Below, one piece after another: positions 1 to 10,287 of a DNA stretch of 64,000 nt. Position numbers and translations under genes: made by a program. Source of the stretch: a virus (lineage: Duplodnaviria > Caudoviricetes); the IMG/VR virus record IMGVR_UViG_3300025018_000138, positions 10,816 to 74,815 of that record; one strand, 5' to 3'. Numbering within the stretch: the first letter of the stretch is position 1; each line of letters opens with the position of its first letter. The notes beneath the pieces are model-generated. The model saw nothing but the letters and a program-made list of their open reading frames with translations, searched no databases and was not told the origin of the DNA.

Positions 1-54
1 ACTCCTATAAATGTAGATTGGATTGAAATACGTAACAAATTATTTGAATATAAA

Positions 55-471
55 TTAATCCATTGAAATTAACATAGCATTAACACCGTGTATAGGATAA
101 TCTTTAACAGTCACTCCTTTACGTTGCAATAATAATTTATACATTTTATTTTTTCTATCATTATAAGAACCTATAATAATTTTCCCATATTCTTTAACCC
201 ATTCAACAGCTTTAATTAATATCTGATGACCATCTTCTAATGATACTGCATCAGGAATGATATGTTCCATCTGTTGATTAGAATCGGTAAAATCTAATCC
301 TTTACGTTGAACACCTATTGAATATGGTGTGACAGGATATATATGACTTTTGATTAATACCAATTGGTATTCGCCAACTTGAAAATCTTCAATGATTTCT
401 ATACCCATATTTTCTAATTTATCTTTTTGGTCAGGTGATATTTCCTCAAGTAATAATTTTAATAATCCCAT
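55..471 (-). CDS. hypothetical protein
   Basis: 138-aa ORF, co-oriented and tightly packed with the upstream gene. Confidence 0.6.
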   Translation of the reverse strand: MGLLKLLLEEISPDQKDKLENMGIEIIEDFQVGEYQLVLIKSHIYPVTPYSIGVQRKGLDFTDSNQQMEHIIPDAVSLEDGHQILIKAVEWVKEYGKIIIGSYNDRKNKMYKLLLQRKGVTVKDYPIHGVNAMLISMD

Positions 472-476
472 TTTAT

Positions 477-1133
477 TTATCGATTATATTTTTTAATAAT
501 TTTTCCAATAGCATCCGCTTCTTTTTTTATCAATTCGGATTCATATTTTGTTAATTCTGATGTATCTTCATTTGTTGAACAAGACATATACCACACCTTT
601 TTACGTTTAGAATCGGTTAAATATAAAACAATTGACAATTTTACACCTTCTTGGTCATAGATAGCTTTTAATAATCCATTTTGTATTTTATTTGTATGTA
701 CAATAATTTCACCTTTAGTCATTATTTCTACAAGCATATTTACATAATCGGCATCTAATGGTACATCTTGATATTCTTGTTTTACACTTTTAAAAGGTGA
801 ATTTAATTTTTCATAAAAAACTGATGTATAAAGTTTAACTCCTGCTTTTATTTCTTGTCCACTATTATGTGATGCAAAAATTAAAATACGTTTCATTTGA
901 GTTTTATCTAGTATGTTTTGCATAGAATCATATATTTTAGATATATCTTCGAATGCAGTTCTACTTTTACTAGTATTTATTTTATCAATAAGTTCTAGTA
1001 TTATTTTTGTCAACCCCCCACCACTTAATAATCCTATTAATGCTACAAGAATTGATGTCCAATTTAATGGTGGTGACTGTTGTAATGCTGTAGATACAAC
1101 TGATAATGTATCAGAAATTAAATACAATATCAT
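477..1133 (-). CDS. single-TM membrane protein, possible T4-T-like holin with GAF-like soluble domain
   Basis: N-terminal hydrophobic helix (WTSILVALIGLLSGGGL), then soluble alpha/beta domain with HNSG motif; 218 aa; function inferred. Confidence 0.4.
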   Translation of the reverse strand: MILYLISDTLSVVSTALQQSPPLNWTSILVALIGLLSGGGLTKIILELIDKINTSKSRTAFEDISKIYDSMQNILDKTQMKRILIFASHNSGQEIKAGVKLYTSVFYEKLNSPFKSVKQEYQDVPLDADYVNMLVEIMTKGEIIVHTNKIQNGLLKAIYDQEGVKLSIVLYLTDSKRKKVWYMSCSTNEDTSELTKYESELIKKEADAIGKIIKKYNR

Positions 1134-1287
1134 GTATATATCCTTTCAACTTTGATACAAATATATTTGTTTAAAATATTTTTACACATTTAATTTATTT
1201 TTTAGTGATAATATGTATAATTATAATGTTTTTCGAATAATATGTTTATAATTATATACATATTATCACTAAACTTAGGCTATACCA

Positions 1288-2919
1288 ATGATTTTAACAT
1301 ATTTAGAGTCACAAAAATTATTTTTATTTAAATGTACTTATGCACAAAGGGGTATACCAAGTAATGCAGGATTGCGATATGACCCTGTATTAAAATTATA
1401 TACGACAAAAGACCCAGATAAAGCATATATATTAAGACAATATGCATCCAAATCTTTGGAAGAACGATTTGTTAAGTACGAAAGATATTTAGCTAAGAAG
1501 ATAAATGAATCTAGTGCTACATCAAGTACGTTAGTTATACCTAAAAATGATAATGGTAAAGACTTTTTTGAATATCAAACAGCAGGCATTGAATTTGCAT
1601 CAACAAAGAATACATTGATAGCAGATGAGATGGGTTTGGGAAAATCGATTCAGGGTATAGGGTTAATTAATTTATTACCACCCAATTTTAAACGTGTATT
1701 AATAATCTGTCCTAATACGGTTAAATTAAATTGGAAACGTGAACTTGAAAGTTGGTCTATTCATAAGGATAAATCTATCACTATATCATCGGGTTCTACA
1801 ATTGAAGTTGGGGATATTATGATTATGAATTTTGAAATATTTAAAAATAAGATTACTGATATAAAAAAATATAATCCATCATTAAGCTTTATTAATTTAG
1901 TTAAGAAATGGAAACATATAGATTTAATTATTATAGATGAATCACACCGATTGAAAAACTTCTCTGCTAATACTACTAAAAATATTTTTAAATTAAAAAA
2001 GTTTGCTAAACATATTGTATCATTAACAGGTACACCAATTTTAAATAAACCCGAAGAATTATGGACAACAATTAAATTATTAGGATATCAAAATGAATTT
2101 GGTAGAACAAAGGATAACTTTGTTAAAAGATATTGTGGAGCAACATTTGACCCAAGGTGGAATAAAATGGTATATAATTTAGATAATGTACCTAAACATA
2201 TCTTACGGGAATTACAGATAAAATTACGTAAGACATTTATGATTAGAAGATTAAAGTCTCAGGTATTAAATCTTCCACCTAAAATTAGGTCATTAGTTCC
2301 TGTTGAAGTTAAATTAGATTTCTTAAAAAAATATTCTAATTTAGATAATTTTGTAAATGAGATATCAGGGATAGTACAATCTGATGATATTAATTCTAAT
2401 TTTCTATCGGGAGTTAAACCATCATTAATAGATGAATTATCTAAATTTAGAAAGGACACGGGTATTGCAAAAATTCCTGCGGTCATAGAATTCGTTGGAG
2501 ATATATTAGACCAAGATGAAAAAGTTGTTATATTTTGTCATCATAAAGATATTATAAATGAATATAAGAAACGATTCCCTGATGCAGTTATTATATATGG
2601 TGATACTCCGATGAAGGATAGACAACGTGCGATAGATGAATTTCAAACCAATCCTGATGTTAAAGTATTTATCGGGAACTTTGATTCAGCAGGTGTGGGA
2701 ATCACTTTAACGGCATCAACTAAAGTTGTAATGGCAGAGTTGTATTGGCATCCATTCATGATGTTACAAGCAGAAGATAGATGTTACCGAATTGGTACAA
2801 CTAATATGGTTAATGTATATTATATTGTTGCAGAAAATACATTAGATTCGTATATTGGACAAACAGTAGTTAGAAAATTAAACATGTTTAAAAGCATAAT
2901 AGAAACAGAAACACTATGA
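1288..2919 (+). CDS. SNF2/SWI2-family (HARP-like) helicase/ATPase
   Basis: ADEMGLGKS Walker A, DESH motif II, LTGTP motif III, C-terminal QAEDRCYRIG motif VI. Confidence 0.92.
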   Translation: MILTYLESQKLFLFKCTYAQRGIPSNAGLRYDPVLKLYTTKDPDKAYILRQYASKSLEERFVKYERYLAKKINESSATSSTLVIPKNDNGKDFFEYQTAGIEFASTKNTLIADEMGLGKSIQGIGLINLLPPNFKRVLIICPNTVKLNWKRELESWSIHKDKSITISSGSTIEVGDIMIMNFEIFKNKITDIKKYNPSLSFINLVKKWKHIDLIIIDESHRLKNFSANTTKNIFKLKKFAKHIVSLTGTPILNKPEELWTTIKLLGYQNEFGRTKDNFVKRYCGATFDPRWNKMVYNLDNVPKHILRELQIKLRKTFMIRRLKSQVLNLPPKIRSLVPVEVKLDFLKKYSNLDNFVNEISGIVQSDDINSNFLSGVKPSLIDELSKFRKDTGIAKIPAVIEFVGDILDQDEKVVIFCHHKDIINEYKKRFPDAVIIYGDTPMKDRQRAIDEFQTNPDVKVFIGNFDSAGVGITLTASTKVVMAELYWHPFMMLQAEDRCYRIGTTNMVNVYYIVAENTLDSYIGQTVVRKLNMFKSIIETETL

Positions 2920-3215
2920 TAGAAATAACACCTGAAGAAGAAAAGAAATATATAAATGAAATTCGACATGGATATTCATTAGGATTGTCAGCATTAGCAT
3001 ATTTGGATGATTTGTCTGAAACTGCATATAATAGAGTAAACAAAGCTATATTGACACTTAGTTTTTTTAAACACAGTGTATCAATAAGTAATTCTAAATA
3101 TGTTAAAATGGGATTCAACGATTTTATAAATACAAATAGTGAAATATTAAATAAACTTTATGCATTATTTAGAGATGTAGAAGAAGAAAAAAATAAAGTG
3201 AAAGCTTCTGCTTAA
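2916..3215 (+). CDS. hypothetical protein
   Basis: ATGA overlap with SNF2 stop. Confidence 0.6.
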   Translation: MIEITPEEEKKYINEIRHGYSLGLSALAYLDDLSETAYNRVNKAILTLSFFKHSVSISNSKYVKMGFNDFINTNSEILNKLYALFRDVEEEKNKVKASA

Positions 3216-3805
3216 AAATCTATTATTATATAATCACCAGTTGGTGATTTTCTAATGTTTGCATAATGAATATCTCTTGGATAAATTTGATATTTAACCA
3301 ATGATTTTATTCCTTTATATATATCCGAAATGAATTTTTCTCCATCGGGAATTTTAGTTAATACTTCTTTTGCTTCATCATCCATTGTGTTTTTAATATA
3401 ATACAATGGGTCATTAACAAATGTCTTTTTAGCTATATGAGTCGTTATAGAAAATAAAACATTTTTAAATCTAATCAATTCTTGCTCAATTTTATCGGGC
3501 ATATATTCTTGAACAATAACTGTAAATGAATAATCTCGTATCTTAATTGGCAATTTTTCTATAAAGATAATGTTTGCAACATTTTTTATTTTTTTATTTT
3601 GTATTAATTTAAATTTTTCTATTTCAACATCAAATGTCGAGGATATAATTTTTAATACATATTTATTATTTATTTTATAAACTTCGCTGTATAAACCCGA
3701 ATCTAAATAACTAATATCTTCAATGGGTTCTAAATCTATATAAAATATATTAAAAATTTCAATAATTTTTTTTAACTCCGATTTTTTTAAACTGTATCTT
3801 TTCAT
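3212..3805 (-). CDS. minimal protein-kinase-like (APH/RIO-type) protein
   Basis: DSGLYSEVY loop, VLK, RDIHYANI catalytic loop, ends at IIDF. Confidence 0.75.
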   Translation of the reverse strand: MKRYSLKKSELKKIIEIFNIFYIDLEPIEDISYLDSGLYSEVYKINNKYVLKIISSTFDVEIEKFKLIQNKKIKNVANIIFIEKLPIKIRDYSFTVIVQEYMPDKIEQELIRFKNVLFSITTHIAKKTFVNDPLYYIKNTMDDEAKEVLTKIPDGEKFISDIYKGIKSLVKYQIYPRDIHYANIRKSPTGDYIIIDF

Positions 3806-3807
3806 AT

Positions 3808-5223
3808 TTATGTTAATTTAAAATATTCTTTATTTAAAAATAATATTGCCCACATATTAGAACGATTATGGTGTTGTGATACTATTTTAATGTATGCTAT
3901 TAATTTTGAATTTGGTGTATAAATGTTAATCGTATCTTTCGGATGTACTAATACCATTAACATAGCGTCTTCTTCCGAAACTTTTCTTTCAATCCAAAGT
4001 TTAATTTTAATTTCTGGTCTAATAAAATCTTCGTCAAATGGAGTCTTATCTATTTTATATCCATAACCAATAAATTCACTATCATTTATTATAGTAGTAG
4101 TATCATCATCATTACCTTTCATTTTATATGATTTTAAAAAGTTTTTAACTTGTTCCATAAATTTTTTATAACTTTTGGATTTATATTTTTCTATATCCAT
4201 TTGTATATTATCTAAATATGGTGGTGGCAAACTATATAACAATGTTAAATCATTCTTATCTTCTTCATAACTTACTTCATATTTATCATCTATATAATCC
4301 CATACTGTTAATTTATCATCAGTTAATAAATCCGCAATCTTATTTGTTATAGACCCGATTATAATATCAGTAAAACCATATAACTTTTCTATAACGATTG
4401 TATCTTTGATTTGACGAACGATAAGTCTTACGATAGGTGTGAAGTCATGTGTCTTACCACAAACGTCTCTGAAGGGTTTCTTGTAGCCAATAAGTATGAT
4501 TTTAGAATTGTTATCAAAGACATTCGATAACAGTTTAGTTGCATGAGTGAATTTATAATTTGGTGCATTTAAATTATATACATTTTGACATGAATCAAAA
4601 AATGGAGATACAGACATATACATAATGTCATCTGGCTTTGATGTAACTCTAAATGTCACTTTCTCTTTATTTATGTTGACCAATGACATCACTTGATTGA
4701 AAAAATGCTGATGTAAATTTTGTATCGTGTTATAGTTATCCAATAATTCTTTAGCTACTTGTTTAAGCGAAGCGTATTTATAGAAATCGGCAACTGATTT
4801 TAAGAATTTATACAATGATGTTTTGGTCTGATTTAAATAGGAATCCCTCGTAATCAATGGGTATTGTTTATCAAACATATTTAATAATGTTATTTTTTTG
4901 TCACTGCTATATTCGACAAGAGTTTCTAACTGTGGAAATGATATCGTCATTTCAGCTACTAATCTATGTAATTTTCTATATTCTTCCCATAATGTTTTAA
5001 ACGTATGATTATCATTAGTTTCAATATTCTTTAGTATTAGCCCTAAAATATCATTAGTTGATAATTCCCTAAGTGTGATAGGATAATCTCCATCGGGTAA
5101 AGCAGGTATTTTATTCTGAGCTACATTTTGATTTAATATTTCTTCACCCCATACCTTTTTAACTAATGGATGTAACTCAGAATTTAATTCGTCTTTTAAA
5201 GATTCTAATAATAATTGTATCAT
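3808..5223 (-). CDS. hypothetical protein
   Basis: 471-aa ORF, no recognised motif. Confidence 0.65.
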   Translation of the reverse strand: MIQLLLESLKDELNSELHPLVKKVWGEEILNQNVAQNKIPALPDGDYPITLRELSTNDILGLILKNIETNDNHTFKTLWEEYRKLHRLVAEMTISFPQLETLVEYSSDKKITLLNMFDKQYPLITRDSYLNQTKTSLYKFLKSVADFYKYASLKQVAKELLDNYNTIQNLHQHFFNQVMSLVNINKEKVTFRVTSKPDDIMYMSVSPFFDSCQNVYNLNAPNYKFTHATKLLSNVFDNNSKIILIGYKKPFRDVCGKTHDFTPIVRLIVRQIKDTIVIEKLYGFTDIIIGSITNKIADLLTDDKLTVWDYIDDKYEVSYEEDKNDLTLLYSLPPPYLDNIQMDIEKYKSKSYKKFMEQVKNFLKSYKMKGNDDDTTTIINDSEFIGYGYKIDKTPFDEDFIRPEIKIKLWIERKVSEEDAMLMVLVHPKDTINIYTPNSKLIAYIKIVSQHHNRSNMWAILFLNKEYFKLT

Positions 5224-5238
5224 ATTAATATAATTATA

Positions 5239-5454
5239 TTATTTATTGAATAACCGTTTAAAAAACCCTCTATTTTCTAATAAATGTATTTTTGTAGATA
5301 ATTCATCAATACGATTGTTTAGCCATACAATTTCTTTTTTCAATTCATCATTTCTTTTAACATGATTTTCATATAATTTAGCAAGAGATGATATTGTATC
5401 ATCTTGTCTACTGATTGATGATAAATCCACCCGTTTGTTATCCGATTTTTCCAT
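5239..5454 (-). CDS. hypothetical coiled-coil protein
   Basis: 71-aa ORF with heptad pattern. Confidence 0.55.
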   Translation of the reverse strand: MEKSDNKRVDLSSISRQDDTISSLAKLYENHVKRNDELKKEIVWLNNRIDELSTKIHLLENRGFFKRLFNK

Positions 5455-5474
5455 AATATAATCCTTTCATAAAT

Positions 5475-5502
5475 AAAAAATGAGATATTACCTATCTCAT
5501 TT
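5475..5502 (-). terminator. Rho-independent terminator
   Basis: AAATGAGATA/TATCTCATTT stem followed by T-run on minus strand, just after 5514 stop. Confidence 0.6.
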
Positions 5503-5513
5503 ATGTTTATATA

Positions 5514-5984
5514 TTAATTATATGCTTCTTTTAGAATAACATCATAATGGTTGGATTTAGTAACTCTCCCATCTGAATGGTGTGATATGTATGATAATGG
5601 AAAATCGTGTTTTAACTTATCAACTCTGTCTTTCCAACGATGATTTTGTAACGTATGATATTTGTAATATAATAAAGCAGTCCAATAAGAATCTGGTTCA
5701 TCAGTATGTAAAAATATACAAAATTGTTTTTTAAATAATACCAATGAAAACAAAGGTGCATATTCATATCTATAATCTATATCTGACCATTTTGTTTTCC
5801 ACCCTAATCCCACAAAATCAATTCCAAACCAAACTTTGGCTTTAAATGTATAATGAGTTTTGTCATCTGACAATATCATTTTTCGAGGATAAAAATAAGG
5901 TGTACCCATTTCTATATTTCCAAAATAAAATTTTAATTTGGGTCTTTTAAAAGGAGAAAAAAAAGCATGAAATAAAATATTCAT
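5514..5984 (-). CDS. hypothetical phage protein
   Basis: 156-aa ORF followed by terminator. Confidence 0.6.
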   Translation of the reverse strand: MNILFHAFFSPFKRPKLKFYFGNIEMGTPYFYPRKMILSDDKTHYTFKAKVWFGIDFVGLGWKTKWSDIDYRYEYAPLFSLVLFKKQFCIFLHTDEPDSYWTALLYYKYHTLQNHRWKDRVDKLKHDFPLSYISHHSDGRVTKSNHYDVILKEAYN

Positions 5985-6121
5985 ATTGTTATTCGCAAAA
6001 TTTATTAACTACCATTTTTAGCATACTTTTATAATGACTTTCCGTAATTTTACATAGTAAATAATCTGTTGACATACTTATTAATAGTTCGGCATATTTT
6101 TGTTTTTCTTGTTCATTCATG

Positions 6122-6685
6122 TTATTTTATATATTTAGTTCTAATGTTATTTAAATGTTCTCTCGACATCGTTATACCTGTATCGTTAATTGATAAAAAT
6201 AGTTTAATTTTTTCATCCACATCATCGGTTTTATATTCAGCAACAGATATAGTTGCATTATTAAATCTATATTTTAATTTAACATCTAATTCACTATAAT
6301 AATATCCACGGTATTTCCACCTATCTAAATAAAAATCTATTAATGTAGATAATCGTTGTTTACCATCTAATATTTCATATTCTACCGTGGTTTGTTTAGA
6401 ATATTCATATGAATGGTCAATTATAACTATTTTACCAATATCTGTTCCTTCTAATACTGATGTAATAAAATCTTCTTTGTCTTTATTTGACCACACCAAA
6501 TCTCTTTGATATTCAGGGTCGAGGTTTACATTCCATGTAAAATAATGAGATAATAAACCATCAATAGATTTTTTACTATATTGTAAATTGTAATTATTAT
6601 CTTTAATATTAAAGTATACAGTTTGAACATTAGTTTTATATATTTCATACCACATCCATCTATTTATACTCGTATTTGCATTCAT
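6122..6685 (-). CDS. stand-alone DUF262 (ParB-like/GmrS-type) domain protein
   Basis: PEYQRDLVWS and LDGKQRL motifs. Confidence 0.85.
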   Translation of the reverse strand: MNANTSINRWMWYEIYKTNVQTVYFNIKDNNYNLQYSKKSIDGLLSHYFTWNVNLDPEYQRDLVWSNKDKEDFITSVLEGTDIGKIVIIDHSYEYSKQTTVEYEILDGKQRLSTLIDFYLDRWKYRGYYYSELDVKLKYRFNNATISVAEYKTDDVDEKIKLFLSINDTGITMSREHLNNIRTKYIK

Positions 6686-6699
6686 ACATTTCGCATTAA

Positions 6700-8149
6700 T
6701 ATATGGTCATGTAAAAGATGATAAGAATTTATGTTAAATAATAGAAATTATATGAAACTTTTTCTATTATTTCAAATAATATACTAAATTTATTTTAAAA
6801 AACAAAATTTATTTATAATTAAAGTCTATAAGACCAAAATTAATAAATGCAACTATCGGAACGACATATTATCAAAGAAGACCATCTTTATTTTAAAGAA
6901 TGTGATAACATTACTTTTAAATCAAAGAACCTTTATAATTCCTGTCTATATACCATAAGACAACCATTTATAAATGATAATGTCAATGTTTCATTCGATT
7001 TGCATCATTTAATTAAAAACCATGAAGCATATAAAGAACTTCCTGCTAAAGTATCTTCGAGTGTTATTCTAATGGTTCAAAAGAATTTTAAATCTTATTT
7101 TAAAGCTACTTCTGCGTTTTACAAAACACCAGAAAAATTTAAAGGGAAACCCAAATTACCTTATTATTTAAACAAATTAGATGGTAGATTTGTCGCTTCA
7201 TACACGAATCAAGCTATTTCCAAAATTTCTTTCAATAAATACAAAAAGATTAAACTATCTAATACAAATATCGAATTAAATACAAAAATTAAACAATTTA
7301 CTGATATAGATTGTGTTAGAATTGTACCTAAACTTGGATATTTTGTTATTGAAGTTATTTATACTATCCCCGATACTCCTTTATTGGAAGATAATAACAA
7401 CTATTTAGGAATAGATTTGGGAATAAATAACTTAGCTACATTATCATCAAATGAAAAAAGTTTTAAACCAATAATAATCAATGGCAAACCATTAAAGTCG
7501 ATAAACCAATTTTATAATAAAAAGTTATCAAAGATAAAATCGACATTAGAAGTAAGAAATAAAAAAAGTAAAAGTAAAAAACTTTATAAGTTAACTAATA
7601 AAAGACATTTTAAAGTGGAAACTTATTTACATAAAGCAAGCAAAGAAATTGTTAAATTAGCAAAAAACAATAACATAAATACAATAATCGTTGGAAAAAA
7701 CGAACAATGGAAACAAAATATTAACATCGGTAAAGTTAATAATCAAAAATTTGTTTCCATTCCTCATAGTAGATTTATAGAAATGATACAATATAAATGC
7801 GAAAAAGAGGGTTTAAACTTCAAAATAAATGAAGAAAGTTATACATCAAAAGCATCATTCTTAGATTTAGATGAAATTCCTACTTATAATTCAAAAAATA
7901 AGGAAACTTATAATTTCTCAGGATATAGAAAATATCGTGGATTATATAAATCAAAAATAACAGGAAAACAGATAAATGCTGATGTGAATGGAAGTTATAA
8001 TATAATAAGAAAAGCAATTCCAAATGTCTTTAAAAACGATGGAATAGAGGGTGTAGGAGTACACCCAATAATCAAACAAATAAGTTTTAATTAATTTTTT
8101 TGTTCCATTATAAAAATTTACCATAGATTTCTATGATAAGTTATACTCT
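6700..8149 (+). mobile_element. IS200/IS605-superfamily element carrying tnpB only (IS1341-like); left boundary approximate
   Basis: tnpB on the strand opposite to its neighbours; 38-nt downstream end sequence recurs at 23743-23780; no tnpA nearby. Confidence 0.65.
6847..8094 (+). CDS. tnpB: RNA-guided endonuclease TnpB
   Basis: RuvC-I GIDLG, RuvC-II NEESYTSK, RuvC-III NADVNGSYNI; N-terminal HTH-like region; Zn finger replaced by ASFLD. Confidence 0.93.
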   Translation: MQLSERHIIKEDHLYFKECDNITFKSKNLYNSCLYTIRQPFINDNVNVSFDLHHLIKNHEAYKELPAKVSSSVILMVQKNFKSYFKATSAFYKTPEKFKGKPKLPYYLNKLDGRFVASYTNQAISKISFNKYKKIKLSNTNIELNTKIKQFTDIDCVRIVPKLGYFVIEVIYTIPDTPLLEDNNNYLGIDLGINNLATLSSNEKSFKPIIINGKPLKSINQFYNKKLSKIKSTLEVRNKKSKSKKLYKLTNKRHFKVETYLHKASKEIVKLAKNNNINTIIVGKNEQWKQNINIGKVNNQKFVSIPHSRFIEMIQYKCEKEGLNFKINEESYTSKASFLDLDEIPTYNSKNKETYNFSGYRKYRGLYKSKITGKQINADVNGSYNIIRKAIPNVFKNDGIEGVGVHPIIKQISFN

Positions 8150-8180
8150 TATATATTCCATGTTGGGTAATGACATGTTA

Positions 8181-8828
8181 TTAATCCCACCAATTTCTAC
8201 AATCTGAATCGGATATGGTATCATCGCCAAATAATAAACATTTAAGTTCATTCCATTCATCTTGTTCCAATTTACATGCTTTATCGAATACTTGTCTATT
8301 ATGTTCTTGTACTTCTTCCGAAGCTAATGATTGCATTACTTCAACTTTACGATTTTCCAATATCATTTCTACCCACTCGTAATCCTCTTGAACATGACCA
8401 CTTCGTTCTAAGTAATCTCCATTATAGATATTTTCTATAATTTCTATTACACGTTTGATATTTGGAATAGTTTTTTCAGCTTTGAATGTATTTTTACCCA
8501 TCCACTTTAACGTTTCAGTTAAATGTGCATGAACATAATATGTCCAATCGTCACCATTGAATGTATATGGAATTTTACCACTTTTAATCATGTTTCTCCA
8601 CACCTTGAATGAAGCATAGATATTTTTTAATTTATCTAATTCATCAAAAGGTAAATATATAACTGATATATAAACATTAGAATAAAATTTTGGATATTTT
8701 TTGAATAACCAATCCTCAAATTTTTCCCTCAATCTTTTATAGATTGATTCTTTAAATACAGTAATATTTTTTATATCAACTGTTTCCATTGGTTCATCGG
8801 ATGTAATTACTAATTTTTCTTTTTTCAT
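8181..8828 (-). CDS. hypothetical phage protein
   Basis: 215-aa ORF ending in WWD. Confidence 0.6.
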   Translation of the reverse strand: MKKEKLVITSDEPMETVDIKNITVFKESIYKRLREKFEDWLFKKYPKFYSNVYISVIYLPFDELDKLKNIYASFKVWRNMIKSGKIPYTFNGDDWTYYVHAHLTETLKWMGKNTFKAEKTIPNIKRVIEIIENIYNGDYLERSGHVQEDYEWVEMILENRKVEVMQSLASEEVQEHNRQVFDKACKLEQDEWNELKCLLFGDDTISDSDCRNWWD

Positions 8829-9196
8829 AATATATTCCTATGTTCTAATTCTTGTTCAACTTTTAACCAATCCACTACGTATTCCAAATGTACATTCTGA
8901 ATCATTGGACAAACCGCAGAAGGTAAATCATCTATAAAAAATTCTGTTTCTGTCGGCGGCGTTGGAGTCAATTTATAATCACATATATGAAATACATGAA
9001 TATTATTAGTAGATAAATAATTTACCGCATCAAATAATGAATGTGTACTCAATTGTGAACGCATGGTGTTTAGATATATATCCACTTTTTTATCTTGCAA
9101 CCGTTTTAAAACACGTATTGCATGTTCAACAGGAATTCCAATTACAGGATACCTATGTGATACTACTGTACCATCAAAGTCTAAAAATATTTTCAT
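8825..9196 (-). CDS. HAD-superfamily hydrolase (BT0820-like)
   Basis: FLDFDGTVV motif I and FFIDD motif IV. Confidence 0.8.
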   Translation of the reverse strand: MKIFLDFDGTVVSHRYPVIGIPVEHAIRVLKRLQDKKVDIYLNTMRSQLSTHSLFDAVNYLSTNNIHVFHICDYKLTPTPPTETEFFIDDLPSAVCPMIQNVHLEYVVDWLKVEQELEHRNIL

Positions 9197-9407
9197 TTAT
9201 TTCTTTCAAATCTGTTAAAGTTAAATTTGGAATTTCTATTAGAAATAGATTTTCTAGGAGTTTTATGAATTTTTTAATTTTATTATTTCTAACTACTCCG
9301 TTTATTTTTTATTCCTAATAAATCTCAAATTTGGTCTATGATGATATGGTGCAATATATGTTAAATAATCAATCGGGAGTTTGTGTTTAACTAAGTTTGG
9401 ATATTGA

Positions 9408-9439
9408 ATATTATTCCTATTATATAATAGGAATAATAT
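9408..9439. repeat. perfect 32-bp palindrome
   Basis: ATATTATTCCTATTATATAATAGGAATAATAT equals its own reverse complement. Confidence 0.9.
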
Positions 9440-9480
9440 AAAACAAAAACCGATGCAAAAATATATAAAGTCTATCATGA

Positions 9481-9885
9481 TTAGTTCTCCGAAAATTCTA
9501 AAGGTAAAAGTTCATAACCAAAATTTTTGATAAGGTAGTAACATCCATCAATCTTAACTACATCACCACTTGATATAGATGAATGAGTCGCATTTATCTC
9601 ACCACTTTTAATTTTATCAGAGATAACCGATGGATATGACCCAATGTTATGTGATTTAATTATTTGATTAATAATGTTCTCAATAGTATCGTCAAATTTC
9701 AAATCAGTAGTAACTACTGCATAATGTGATAGTTGAGGACTGATATCCTCTTTAGTATTCAAATCTATAAATTTGTCTGTGATACTAAAAAATCTAGTGC
9801 TACACGTGTTGTTGGTATATAAAACTGATACTGATGTCATAAGAAACTCCAATGGGTTAGTGTTGATTACATTCATAATATACAC
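9481..9885 (-). CDS. YodL-like domain protein
   Basis: C-terminal HSSISSGDVVKIDGCYYLIKNFGY resembles the YodL signature. Confidence 0.55.
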   Translation of the reverse strand: MYIMNVINTNPLEFLMTSVSVLYTNNTCSTRFFSITDKFIDLNTKEDISPQLSHYAVVTTDLKFDDTIENIINQIIKSHNIGSYPSVISDKIKSGEINATHSSISSGDVVKIDGCYYLIKNFGYELLPLEFSEN

Positions 9886-9935
9886 TCTTTAAAGTAATGT
9901 CAATAGTTTAATTTAATTATTTTATCATATCATAA

Positions 9936-10262
9936 TTAGCCTACCATATCATTGTCATCGATATACATAGTTAAAAACGCAATGGGATTTGGATATTTAT
10001 CAAAATCACAACCCCTATTTTCCAAAGCTGATGTAAAAAATTTAACCAAATCTCCATGTTGTTTTTTCCAGTGTTCAAGTAATTTAATTCTATTAAACGA
10101 TTTTAACCTACCCAATTGGCGAGATTTATGTTGTTCCATCGTTATAGATTTAGTTTTATAACCTTTAGGTACATAAATAAAATATAGATTAAATAATTTA
10201 TCTAATGTGAATATTTCTATTTTAGTTTCCATATGTTCTACAGTTTTATTTGATGCAGTCAT
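9936..10262 (-). CDS. hypothetical protein
   Basis: 108-aa ORF in operon. Confidence 0.55.
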   Translation of the reverse strand: MTASNKTVEHMETKIEIFTLDKLFNLYFIYVPKGYKTKSITMEQHKSRQLGRLKSFNRIKLLEHWKKQHGDLVKFFTSALENRGCDFDKYPNPIAFLTMYIDDNDMVG

Positions 10263-10287
10263 ATTTTCTTAATTTAAATTTGGTTTT

